NCBI GenBank assembly: GCA_902787755.1
Contig: CADAHL010000005.1
Location: forward strand, 19,524-83,523
Origin: Oscillospiraceae bacterium
GTDB taxonomy: Bacteria > Bacillota > Clostridia > Oscillospirales > Oscillospiraceae
Direction: 5' to 3'
DNA: 64,000 nucleotides
Numbering within the stretch: the stretch's first letter is position 1; each line of letters opens with the position of its first letter. Below, piece after piece: positions 51,439 to 59,495 of the stretch. A model generated the notes under the pieces. It worked only from the letters and a program-made list of their open reading frames with translations, had not been told where the DNA came from and did not search any database. The position numbers were made by a program, and so were the translations under genes.

Positions 51439-52001
51439 GAGAACAGCTGATGGAACAGCTCCGCCGTTTCCGGCCCTGGAACGAGCAGGAGGAACAGGAC
51501 AAGGCCCTGATCCTCCGATTCCTGGAGGAGCAGGAGGACGCGTTCCTCCGCTCCAACAGGACGGCGCACATGACCGCCTCCTCCTGGATCGTCAATCCCG
51601 CCAGGGACAAGGTGCTGATGATCTATCATAAGATCTATGACTCCTGGTCCTGGACCGGGGGCCACGCCGACGGGGACCAGGATCTGCTGGCCGTGGCCCT
51701 GCGGGAGGCCCGGGAAGAGACCGGTGTGGAGCACATTTCCCCGGTGAGCCCGGAGATCTATTCTCTGGAGATCGTCACCGTGGACGGACACGAGAAGCGG
51801 GGGGAATACGTCTCCAGTCACCTGCACATGAATGTGACCTATCTGCTCCAGGCCGATGACCGGGATCCGCTGCGGATCTGCGAGGACGAGAACAGCGGCG
51901 TGGGCTGGTTCCGCCTGGACGAGGCGCTGACAGCCTCCACCGAGCCCTGGTTCGTCAAGCGGATCTACAAAAAACTCAATGATAAGCTGAAAGCGCTCTG
52001 A
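51435..52001 (+). CDS. NUDIX hydrolase
   Basis: The Nudix box is GGHADGDQDLLAVALREAREETGV. An ATGA overlap joins it to the DUF1643 gene. Confidence 0.88.
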   Translation: MREQLMEQLRRFRPWNEQEEQDKALILRFLEEQEDAFLRSNRTAHMTASSWIVNPARDKVLMIYHKIYDSWSWTGGHADGDQDLLAVALREAREETGVEHISPVSPEIYSLEIVTVDGHEKRGEYVSSHLHMNVTYLLQADDRDPLRICEDENSGVGWFRLDEALTASTEPWFVKRIYKKLNDKLKAL

Positions 52002-52028
52002 CCGACGTCAAAGCGCTTTCAGCTTTTC
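51987..52028 (+). terminator. Terminator-like hairpin after the NUDIX gene
   Basis: CTGAAAGCGCT ... AGCGCTTTCAG is an 11 bp stem followed by CTTTTCC. The left arm overlaps the end of the coding region. Confidence 0.55.
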
Positions 52029-52131
52029 CGGAATGCTGCGAGGGCAGACGATCTGCTTTGGCAATTTGCATCAAAATCGGGGGAGGCGAATTGTGCAAGT
52101 TCATGGAAGCCTACGAAGAAAAAATAGGGAC

Positions 52132-52159
52132 TTGCAATTTCCGGGGCGTGTGTTATAAT
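52132..52159 (+). promoter_or_regulatory. Promoter of pyrR-pyrP
   Basis: TTGCAA, a 16 nt spacer, then TGTTATAAT (extended -10). Confidence 0.6.
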
Positions 52160-52185
52160 CCCCGACGAAAAGAAGATTTTTAAGC

Positions 52186-52290
52186 TTCGGTACAGAGAGA
52201 CCGGCAAAATCGCTTATAGAGGACGGATGCACCGGGAGTGTGTCCGCGTCGCTGCGTGTCTTGCCGGATCCGGCAGGGCATTTTTTTGTT
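52186..52290 (+). promoter_or_regulatory. PyrR-binding attenuator leader
   Basis: GGTACAGAGAGACCGGCAAAA resembles the PyrR binding loop (..CAGAGAG..GCAA). A downstream terminator CTTGCCG-GATC-CGGCAGG followed by GCATTTTTTTG lies just before the pyrR RBS. Confidence 0.6.
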
Positions 52291-52307
52291 GCCCGGAAGG
52301 AGCGAGG

Positions 52308-52853
52308 ATGAAGGTCAAAGCCCAGCTGATGGACGAGCCTGCCCTGTCCAGAGCGCTGATGCGGATCTCCCACGAGATCGTGGAGAAGAACAAAGGCGCG
52401 GAGAATCTGCTGCTGGTGGGCATCCGCCGCCGGGGCGAGCCCATTGCCCGGCGCATCCGGGACAACATCCAGCGGATCGAGGGCGTTTCGGTCCCCTGCG
52501 GCAGCGTGGATATCCGCTGGTACCGGGATGATCTGAGCACACTGTCCGAGCTGCCCCAGCTGCGAAAGGCCGAGCTTGGCTACGACGTGACCGACCGGGA
52601 CGTGGTTCTGACCGACGACGTGATCTATACCGGGCGCACGGCCCGGGCCGCCATCGAGGCGGTCTTCTCCTGCGGCCGCCCCCGCTCGATCCAACTGGCG
52701 GTGCTGGTGGACCGGGGCCACCGGGAGCTGCCCATCCGCCCGGACTACGTGGGCAAGAATATCCCTACCGCCCGCACGGAGCTGGTAGAGGTCCGGCTGC
52801 CGGACTACGACAACGAGACCGGCGTGTACCTGATGGACATGACCGGGGACTGA
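52308..52853 (+). CDS. pyrR: Bifunctional pyr mRNA-binding attenuation protein / uracil phosphoribosyltransferase PyrR
   Basis: ORF trimmed to ATG 52308 (GGAAGGAG upstream). Sequence: RALMRISHEIVEKN..LLLVGIRRRG..VVLTDDVIYTGRTARAA. Confidence 0.93.
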   Translation: MKVKAQLMDEPALSRALMRISHEIVEKNKGAENLLLVGIRRRGEPIARRIRDNIQRIEGVSVPCGSVDIRWYRDDLSTLSELPQLRKAELGYDVTDRDVVLTDDVIYTGRTARAAIEAVFSCGRPRSIQLAVLVDRGHRELPIRPDYVGKNIPTARTELVEVRLPDYDNETGVYLMDMTGD

Positions 52854-52893
52854 TTTGCGCAAAACCAAATTACATAAAAGAGAGGTACTAACT

Positions 52894-54258
52894 ATGGCAA
52901 AAGAAAAGAAGAACGCGGTTGACGAGCCGATTTATGACGCCCGCACCCTCGGCACGCCGAAGATGCTGGTGCTCGGCCTGCAGCACCTGTTCGCCATGTT
53001 CGGCGCCACCGTTCTGGTTCCCATCCTAACGGGCCTGAGCGTGTCCGCCACGCTGCTGTTCGCCGGCCTTGCCACCCTGTTTATGCATCTGGTCACCGGC
53101 AAGAAGGTCCCCGTGTTCCTGGGCTCCTCCTTCGCCTTCCTGGGCGGCTACTTCGCCGTCGTCGCCTCCGGCGCTGAGCTTGGTCTCAGCCAGGCCGAGT
53201 CCCTGCCCTACGCCTGCATCGGCGTGGCCTGCGCGGGTCTGCTGTACCTGGTCCTGGCCCTCATTTGCAAGGCCTTCGGCTCCAAGAACGTCATGCGCTT
53301 CTTCCCGCCTGTGGTCACCGGCCCCATCATCATCGCCATCGGCCTGATCCTGGCCCCCTCCGCCATCAATAACTGCTCCACCAACTGGTGGATCGCCCTG
53401 GTCGCCATCGTGGTCGTCATTGTCTGCAACATCTGGGGCAAGGGTATGATCAAGATCGTTCCCATCCTGATGGGCGTTCTGGTCTCCTACCTGGTGGCCG
53501 CCGTCAGCGGCAATGTGGACTTCAGCGGCGTGAAGGAAGCCGCCTGGATCGGCCTGCCCTTCCAGATGAAGGACACCGTGTTCGGCCTGCTCGCCTCCGG
53601 CAACGTGAACGGCGGTCTGGTGATCTCCTCCATCGTGATGATCGTCCCCATCGCCTTCGCCACCATGATGGAGCACGTGGGCGATATCTCCGCCATCGGC
53701 GGCGCCATCGAGAAGAACCTGATCGAGGATCCCGGCCTGCACCGCACCCTGATCGGCGACGGTATCGGAACCACCATCGCCGCCCTCTTCGGCGCCCCTG
53801 CCAACACCACCTACGGCGAGAACACCGGCGTGCTGGTGCTCACCAAGGTCTATGACCCCAAGGTCGTGCGCCTGGCTGCCATCTACGCCATCGTCCTGTC
53901 CTTCTGCCCCAAGTTTGCGGCTCTCATTTCCGCCATGCCTGCCGCTACCATCGGCGGCGTGTCCATCATCCTCTACGGCATGATCTCCGCCGTCGGCGTG
54001 CGCAACATGGTCGAGAACCACACCGACTTCCAGAAGTCCCGGAACGTCATCGTGGCCGCCGTCATCCTGGGCCTGGCCCTGGGCGTGAACTTCTCCGATC
54101 TGGGCGCCATCAGCTTCCCCATCGGCAGCCTGAACATCTCCCTGTCCGGTCTGGCCGTGGCCTCCATCGTGGGCATCCTGCTCAACGCCGTTCTCCCCGG
54201 CAAGCGCGACGAGTACATGCCCAACCAGGAGAACTCCGGCTCTCTGGGCAAGTTCTAA
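52894..54258 (+). CDS. pyrP: Uracil permease (NCS2 family)
   Basis: ORF trimmed to ATG 52894. Sequence: LGLQHLFAMFGATVLVP, GENTGVL. It lies directly downstream of pyrR. Confidence 0.92.
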   Translation: MAKEKKNAVDEPIYDARTLGTPKMLVLGLQHLFAMFGATVLVPILTGLSVSATLLFAGLATLFMHLVTGKKVPVFLGSSFAFLGGYFAVVASGAELGLSQAESLPYACIGVACAGLLYLVLALICKAFGSKNVMRFFPPVVTGPIIIAIGLILAPSAINNCSTNWWIALVAIVVVIVCNIWGKGMIKIVPILMGVLVSYLVAAVSGNVDFSGVKEAAWIGLPFQMKDTVFGLLASGNVNGGLVISSIVMIVPIAFATMMEHVGDISAIGGAIEKNLIEDPGLHRTLIGDGIGTTIAALFGAPANTTYGENTGVLVLTKVYDPKVVRLAAIYAIVLSFCPKFAALISAMPAATIGGVSIILYGMISAVGVRNMVENHTDFQKSRNVIVAAVILGLALGVNFSDLGAISFPIGSLNISLSGLAVASIVGILLNAVLPGKRDEYMPNQENSGSLGKF

Positions 54259-54284
54259 GGCAGTACAGAACCATAACACAAGCC

Positions 54285-54325
54285 CCGGGCGGGATCGTAG
54301 GCAATTGCGATCCCGCCCGGTTTTT
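54285..54325 (+). terminator. Rho-independent terminator of pyrR-pyrP
   Basis: CCGGGCGGGATCG-N10-CGATCCCGCCCGG followed by TTTTTG. Confidence 0.85.
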
Positions 54326-54365
54326 GCGTCCATGACCGGATCCGAAGCTCCCGGCCGGAACGAAA

Positions 54366-54399
54366 ACACCTCCCGGACATAGAATGAGCCGGGAGGTGT
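54366..54399 (+). promoter_or_regulatory. Shine-Dalgarno-sequestering hairpin in front of the ZIP transporter gene
   Basis: ACACCTCCCGG-N12-CCGGGAGGTGT is an 11 bp perfect stem. The 3' arm contains the only SD (GGGAGGTG) and ends 0-3 nt before the start codon. Confidence 0.5.
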
Positions 54400-55176
54400 G
54401 TGATGGAACATCCTGTATTTCTGGCCCTGTTGGCCACCCTGGGGACCTGGCTGCTGACAGCTCTGGGGGCGGCCACCGTGGCCTTCTTTCGCTCTCCCTC
54501 CGAAAAATGGATGGATCTGAGCCTGGGCTTTGCCGCGGGGGTGATGATCGCGGCCAGCTTCTGGTCCCTGCTCCAGCCCGCCATCGAACAGGCAGAGGCC
54601 ATGGGCCGGAACGCCGCCCTGATGGCGGCGGGAGGCTTTCTGACCGGAGCGCTGTTTCTGTGGGCCTCCGATCGGGCGGTGAATCTGGCCCGGGGGACCG
54701 CAGGGGAGAAAAATCGGATCCTGCTGCTGGTCTCGGCCATCACCCTGCACAACATCCCCGAGGGCCTGGCCGTGGGCGTGGCCTTCGGCGCGCTGGCGGC
54801 CAACCCCGGCCGGGAGGGCCTGATGGGGGCCGTGTCCCTGGCGGTGGGCATCGGCCTGCAGAATTTCCCGGAGGGGGCGGCGGTGTCCCTGCCGCTGCGG
54901 GCGGCGGGCTGCTCCCGGCGGCGCAGCTTCTGGATCGGCCAGGCGTCGGGCCTGGTGGAACCGGCAGCCGGAGTGCTGGGAGCCCGGCTGGTGGTCTATG
55001 CCCGGGCGGTGCTGCCCTATGCCCTGAGCTTCGCCGCCGGGGCCATGATCCTGGTGGCGGTGCATGAGCTGATCCCCGAATGTCAGAAGCGACAGGCGCA
55101 GCTGCCCTATTTCTCCACCATGGGCATCATTCTGGGCTTTGCGATGATGATGTTTCTGGACGTGGCCCTGGGCTGA
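54400..55176 (+). CDS. ZIP-family divalent metal transporter (ZupT-like)
   Basis: [17 protein letters not shown] and HELIPE motifs. The start is GTG 54400 or ATG 54403. Confidence 0.9.
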   Translation: MMEHPVFLALLATLGTWLLTALGAATVAFFRSPSEKWMDLSLGFAAGVMIAASFWSLLQPAIEQAEAMGRNAALMAAGGFLTGALFLWASDRAVNLARGTAGEKNRILLLVSAITLHNIPEGLAVGVAFGALAANPGREGLMGAVSLAVGIGLQNFPEGAAVSLPLRAAGCSRRRSFWIGQASGLVEPAAGVLGARLVVYARAVLPYALSFAAGAMILVAVHELIPECQKRQAQLPYFSTMGIILGFAMMMFLDVALG

Positions 55177-55453
55177 AATCCCGGATCAGGGCCAGCTTCT
55201 CCTGTCGGGACAGGCGCTTGAGGTGCCATTCCCGGCTCATGGCGGCCTGCCGGGACCCGCAGTCCTCCCAATAGACCAGCTCCACCGGACGGCGGCTGCG
55301 GGTGTACTTTCCGCCCAGACCCGCGTTGTGGGTCCGGAGCCGATGGACCAGATCGTTGGTCCAGCCGGTGTACAGGGTCCCGTCGGCGCAGCGGAGCATG
55401 TAGCAGTAGTTGCCGCTCTCCGGCTGCCCGGGGGCCGGAAGCTCAGTTCCCAT
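55127..55453 (-). CDS. GIY-YIG nuclease-domain protein (UPF0213/YhbQ-like)
   Basis: ORF trimmed to ATG 55453. Sequence: [28 protein letters not shown]...[14 protein letters not shown]. Confidence 0.8.
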   Translation of the reverse strand: MGTELPAPGQPESGNYCYMLRCADGTLYTGWTNDLVHRLRTHNAGLGGKYTRSRRPVELVYWEDCGSRQAAMSREWHLKRLSRQEKLALIRDFSPGPRPETSSSQSPE

Positions 55454-55646
55454 GGGCCTGGACCTGGCCGTCTCGCAGGATCTGGCGGACATTTTTCTCG
55501 AACTTGGACCGGGCGCCCATGACCTCATGGCCACAGCCCCGGCAGCGGAGCTTGAAGTCCGCCCCGACGCGCAGCACTTCCCAGTCCCGGCTGCCGCAGG
55601 GGTGGGCTTTTTTCATGGTGAGAACATCACCGATCTGGATATCCAT
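55443..55646 (-). CDS. DUF951 family protein
   Basis: ORF trimmed to ATG 55646 (GGAGGAAAC upstream). Sequence: [43 protein letters not shown]. Confidence 0.8.
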   Translation of the reverse strand: MDIQIGDVLTMKKAHPCGSRDWEVLRVGADFKLRCRGCGHEVMGARSKFEKNVRQILRDGQVQAHGN

Positions 55647-55661
55647 AGATGTTTCCTCCGG

Positions 55662-55780
55662 AAAAAGTGAAGAGTGAAGAGTGAATAGTTGCGGTGTCGC
55701 CTTCGGCGACGGATTATAATTGATGCCGCAAAGCGGCATACCATAACTTTTCACTTTTCACTCTTATCTCTTCACTTTTT
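55662..55780. repeat. Heptad-armed inverted-repeat element, copy B
   Basis: AAAAAGTGAAGAGTGAAGAGTGAATAGTT ... GTCGCC-TTCG-GGCGAC ... ATGCCGC-AAA-GCGGCAT ... AACTTTTCACTTTTCACTCTTATCTCTTCACTTTTT. It overlaps the rarA stop codon. Confidence 0.8.
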
Positions 55781-57022
55781 GATCTCATCCCAGTAGCGTT
55801 TGGCGGCCTGCTCGGTCTTGTTGTCGCCGTACTCGTAGTAATGGGCGCCCTTCAGCTCGTCGGGCAGATACTGCTGCCTCACCCAGCGGTGGGGGAAGTC
55901 GTGAGGATAGAGATAGCCCTGCTCCCGTTCGAAGCCGGTTCCGTCAGCGTGGACGTTCTGCAGCTCTCTCGGCACGCTGCCGGTGCGCCCGGCGCGTACG
56001 TCCGCCAGGGCCGCGTCGATGGCCATGCAGGCGGTGTTGGACTTGGGGGCGGTGGCCAGAACAAGGCAGGCCTCCGCCAGAGGCAGCCGGGCCTCCGGCA
56101 GACCCAGCTGCAGGGCCGAGTCCACGCAAGCCTTCACGATGGGCACCGCCTGGGGCCAGGCCAGGCCGATATCCTCGCTGGCCGAGCAGAGGATCCGGCG
56201 ACAGGCGCCGATCAGGTCTCCCACCTCCAGCAGCCGGGCCAGATAGTGCATGGCCGCGTCCGGGTCCGAGCCCCGAAGGGACTTCATCAGGGCCGAGAGA
56301 ATGTCAAAGTGGTCGTCTCCATCCCGATCGTAGCGCATGGCGCTGCGCTGGGAGATGGCGATGGCATCCTCCAGGCGGATGAGGCCGTCCTCCATGGCGG
56401 CGGAAAAGAGAAGCTCCACAGAGTTGACGGCCTTGCGCACATCGCCTCCGCAGGCCGCGGCGATCCGGGCCGCCACACCCTCCTCCAGACGCAGGGGGGT
56501 GGCGCGGCGCTCGTTCTCAATGCGAACCGCCCGCTCCACCGCCTTCTCCACGTCTCGGGCAGCCACGGGCTTGAACTCAAAGACCGTAGAGCGGCTGAGA
56601 ATGGCGTTGAAGACGCAGAAGTAGGGATTCTCGGTGGTGGAGGCGATCAGAGTGATGCGCCCGTCCTCGATGAACTCCAGCAGGGACTGCTGCTGTTTTT
56701 TGTTGAAATACTGGATCTCGTCCAGATACAGCAGAACGCCTCCCGGGGTGAGGAAGGTATCCAGCTCGTCGATGATGCGCTTGATGTCCGCGATGCCGGC
56801 GGTGGTGGCGTTGAGCTTGCGCAGGCTGCGGTTGGTGCGCTGGGCGATGATCCGGGCCACGGTGGTCTTCCCGGTGCCGGAGGGGCCGTAGAAGATCATA
56901 TTGGGGATCTGTCCGCTCTCCACGATGCGTCGGAGCATGCCGCCCTTTCCCAGAATGTGCTGCTGTCCCACCACATCGTCCAGGGAATCCGGGCGGATCT
57001 GGTCGGCAAGGGGCTGATACAT
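55772..57022 (-). CDS. rarA: Replication-associated recombination protein A (AAA+ ATPase RarA/MgsA)
   Basis: LDDVVGQQHILG, Walker A GPSGTGKTT, LYLDEIQYFNK, and the MgsA C-terminal domain. Confidence 0.95.
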   Translation of the reverse strand: MYQPLADQIRPDSLDDVVGQQHILGKGGMLRRIVESGQIPNMIFYGPSGTGKTTVARIIAQRTNRSLRKLNATTAGIADIKRIIDELDTFLTPGGVLLYLDEIQYFNKKQQQSLLEFIEDGRITLIASTTENPYFCVFNAILSRSTVFEFKPVAARDVEKAVERAVRIENERRATPLRLEEGVAARIAAACGGDVRKAVNSVELLFSAAMEDGLIRLEDAIAISQRSAMRYDRDGDDHFDILSALMKSLRGSDPDAAMHYLARLLEVGDLIGACRRILCSASEDIGLAWPQAVPIVKACVDSALQLGLPEARLPLAEACLVLATAPKSNTACMAIDAALADVRAGRTGSVPRELQNVHADGTGFEREQGYLYPHDFPHRWVRQQYLPDELKGAHYYEYGDNKTEQAAKRYWDEIKK

Positions 57023-57229
57023 AAAAACTGCCTCCCGGTGTGTGTTTTAGACCATTATACCACTCCCGGGGGCCTTTGTACAACCGGATTTCGGCCCGAC
57101 GAAGAGGCATTGTCAAATATTGCCGAATTCTTAATTTTTGTGAAATCCGACCCTCCCGCCTGTTCTTTGCGGGAAATCTGTGATATAGTAGGCCCATCCA
57201 ATCCTACGGACAGAGAAAGGAGGCCTCCC

Positions 57230-57949
57230 ATGGACGGGCTGAGCGGAACACACACATCTCCCGCCGACAGACGGCGACCCGGACCGATCGTAAAAGCGGC
57301 GGTTCTGGTTTTGGCGCTGGCGCTGTTGGTGTTTGTCGGGATCCGGCTCTACGCCTGGTCCGAGCAGGCCCGGGAGGCCCGGGTAGTGGTGCTGGTCAAC
57401 TCCTGGAACGACGTGGATCATTCCGGTTTTACCCCCAAGCTCCGGGAACTCGGGGACGGCTTCCGGGTGGACGCCGCCTGCCGAAAGCCGCTGAACGAGC
57501 TGCTGGAGGCCTGCCGGGAGGCGGGCTTCGATCCGGTGCTCACGGCGGCCTATCGCAGCCGGGAGGAGCAGCAGGCGCTGTTTGAACAGACCGTGGAGGG
57601 CCTGCTCGGGCAGTACGGCGGGGACCGTCAGGCCGCTGAGGAGGCGGCGGAGAGGGCGGTGGCCCGACCCGGGGCCAGCGAGCATGAGCTGGGTCTGGCC
57701 GTGGATCTGGAGAGCCGGGACGGCCGCAGCGAGCCGATGTACCAGTGGCTCCAGGAAAACGCCTGGCGCTACGGCTTCATCCTTCGTTACCCCCGGGGCG
57801 GGGAGGAGATCACCGGTGAGGACTACACCCCCGGCCACTTCCGATACGTGGGGATGTCCGCCGCCGGTCAGATCTACGCCCTGCAGATCACCCTGGAGGA
57901 ATATATGGGCATGTTCTTCTCCGAGAGCGCCCAGATCATCTTTGAATAA
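57230..57949 (+). CDS. VanY/M15B-family D-alanyl-D-alanine carboxypeptidase, membrane-anchored
   Basis: C-terminal part of ORF 55841..57949. ATG 57230 has GAAAGGAGG upstream. A TM segment is followed by SAYRSREEQ-like AAYRSREEQQALF, SEHELGLAVDL and PGHFRYVG. Confidence 0.88.
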   Translation: MDGLSGTHTSPADRRRPGPIVKAAVLVLALALLVFVGIRLYAWSEQAREARVVVLVNSWNDVDHSGFTPKLRELGDGFRVDAACRKPLNELLEACREAGFDPVLTAAYRSREEQQALFEQTVEGLLGQYGGDRQAAEEAAERAVARPGASEHELGLAVDLESRDGRSEPMYQWLQENAWRYGFILRYPRGGEEITGEDYTPGHFRYVGMSAAGQIYALQITLEEYMGMFFSESAQIIFE

Positions 57950-58057
57950 AAAAGTAAAGAGTGAAGAGTTGTGGTATCGCCTTCGGCGATGGATGGTAAT
58001 CCGTCCCGCTTTGTGGGACACCAGATCTCTTCACTCTTCACTTTTCTTTTTTCACTT
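57949..58057. repeat. Heptad-armed inverted-repeat element, copy C
   Basis: AAAAAAGTAAAGAGTGAAGAGTT ... ATCGCC-TTCG-GGCGAT, GGAT-GGTA-ATCC, GTCCC-GCTTTGT-GGGAC ... TCTCTTCACTCTTCACTTTTCTTTTTTCAC. It fills the gap between the convergent vanY-like and trkH genes. Confidence 0.8.
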
Positions 58058-59495
58058 ATTTCTTCCAGGTCCTGGGGCTCAGGAGCACCAGAATGGGATA
58101 GATCTCCAGACGGCCCAGAAGCATGGCCAGGGTCATCCAGAGCTTGCTGTGCCAGGAGAAGAAGGCGAAGCCTCCCGCCGGGCCGATGGCCTGGGTCATG
58201 CCCGGGCCGATGTTGGACAGACAGCTGAGCGCGGCGGTGAAGCTGGTGGCGATATCCACCCCGTCCAGGGAGATGAGCAGGGAGAAGAACAGGAGCAGGC
58301 CCATGTAGATGGTGAAGAACACCCGGGCCGCCTGCACGGTGCCGGCTTCCACCCGCTTGCCGTCCAGCTCCACCCGGGTCACGCTCCGGGGCCGGATCAT
58401 CTTTTTCAGCTCCGACACCGAGCTCTTGCCCAGGATCATCAGGCGGGAGAGCTTGATGCCGCCGCCGGTGCTGCCCGCGCAGCCGCCGCAGAACATCAGC
58501 AGGATCAGGATCCACTTGCAGTACTCCGGCCAGACGGTGAAGTCCACGGTGCCGTAGCCGGTGGTGCTCAGCAGCGCGCCCACGTTGAAGAAGGCCTGGT
58601 GGACGCCCTGCCAGAAGCCGCCGTACAGATTCCGGATCCCCAGGCTCAGCAGCAACACCGCCGAGAAGATGATACCCAGATACCAATGCAGCTCCTCGCT
58701 TTTCAGCGCCTCTTTCCAGCGCCCGATCAGGATCAGGAAGTAAAGGTTGAAGTTCACGCCGAACAGGAACATGAACACACAGATTACCGTCTCGATGTAC
58801 CGGCTGCCAAAGCCGCCGATGCTGGCGGGATTGGTGGAGAAGCCGCCGGTGCCGGCGGTGGAGAAGGCGTGGAGCAGCGCTTCATAGAAGCTCATGCCCC
58901 CGAAGAGCAGCAGCACCGTCTCCAGCAGGGTCAGACCGATATAGATGAGATACAGGATCATGGCGGTGCGCCTGACCCGGGGGACCAGCTTGCCCACGGT
59001 GGGGCCCGGCACCTCCGCCCGCATGATGTGCATGGAGTGCTCGCCGCTCATGGGCATCACCGCCATCAGAAACACCAGCACGCCCATGCCGCCGATCCAG
59101 TGGGTGAACATGCGCCAGAACATGTCGCCCCGGGGCATGGCCTCGATATCCGTCAGGATGGTGGCGCCGGTGGTGGACAGGCCCGAGGCGGTCTCGAACA
59201 GGGCGTCGATGTAGCTGGGGATGCTGCCGCTGAACCAGAAGGGCAGGGCGCCCAGCAGGGAAATGGAGATCCAGCCCAGACCCACGATCACAAAGCCGTC
59301 CCTGGCCACCAGGGAGCCGGTGCGGGGCTTGGGGATCAGCAGCAGCAGACCCAGGGCGGCGGAGATGCCGATGGTGGCCAGGAAATTCAGAACCGACTCG
59401 CCGTAGACCAGCCCCGCGATCATGGGCAGGAGCAGCAGTCCCGCATAGATCAGCAGAATCAGTCCCAGCACCCGGCAGATCATTCGGTAATTCAT
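58056..59495 (-). CDS. trkH: TrkH/KtrB-family potassium uptake membrane protein
   Basis: 479 aa, multi-TM, with repeated selectivity-filter-like TTGATI, SGLSTTG and STAGTGG segments. Confidence 0.93.
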   Translation of the reverse strand: MNYRMICRVLGLILLIYAGLLLLPMIAGLVYGESVLNFLATIGISAALGLLLLIPKPRTGSLVARDGFVIVGLGWISISLLGALPFWFSGSIPSYIDALFETASGLSTTGATILTDIEAMPRGDMFWRMFTHWIGGMGVLVFLMAVMPMSGEHSMHIMRAEVPGPTVGKLVPRVRRTAMILYLIYIGLTLLETVLLLFGGMSFYEALLHAFSTAGTGGFSTNPASIGGFGSRYIETVICVFMFLFGVNFNLYFLILIGRWKEALKSEELHWYLGIIFSAVLLLSLGIRNLYGGFWQGVHQAFFNVGALLSTTGYGTVDFTVWPEYCKWILILLMFCGGCAGSTGGGIKLSRLMILGKSSVSELKKMIRPRSVTRVELDGKRVEAGTVQAARVFFTIYMGLLLFFSLLISLDGVDIATSFTAALSCLSNIGPGMTQAIGPAGGFAFFSWHSKLWMTLAMLLGRLEIYPILVLLSPRTWKK

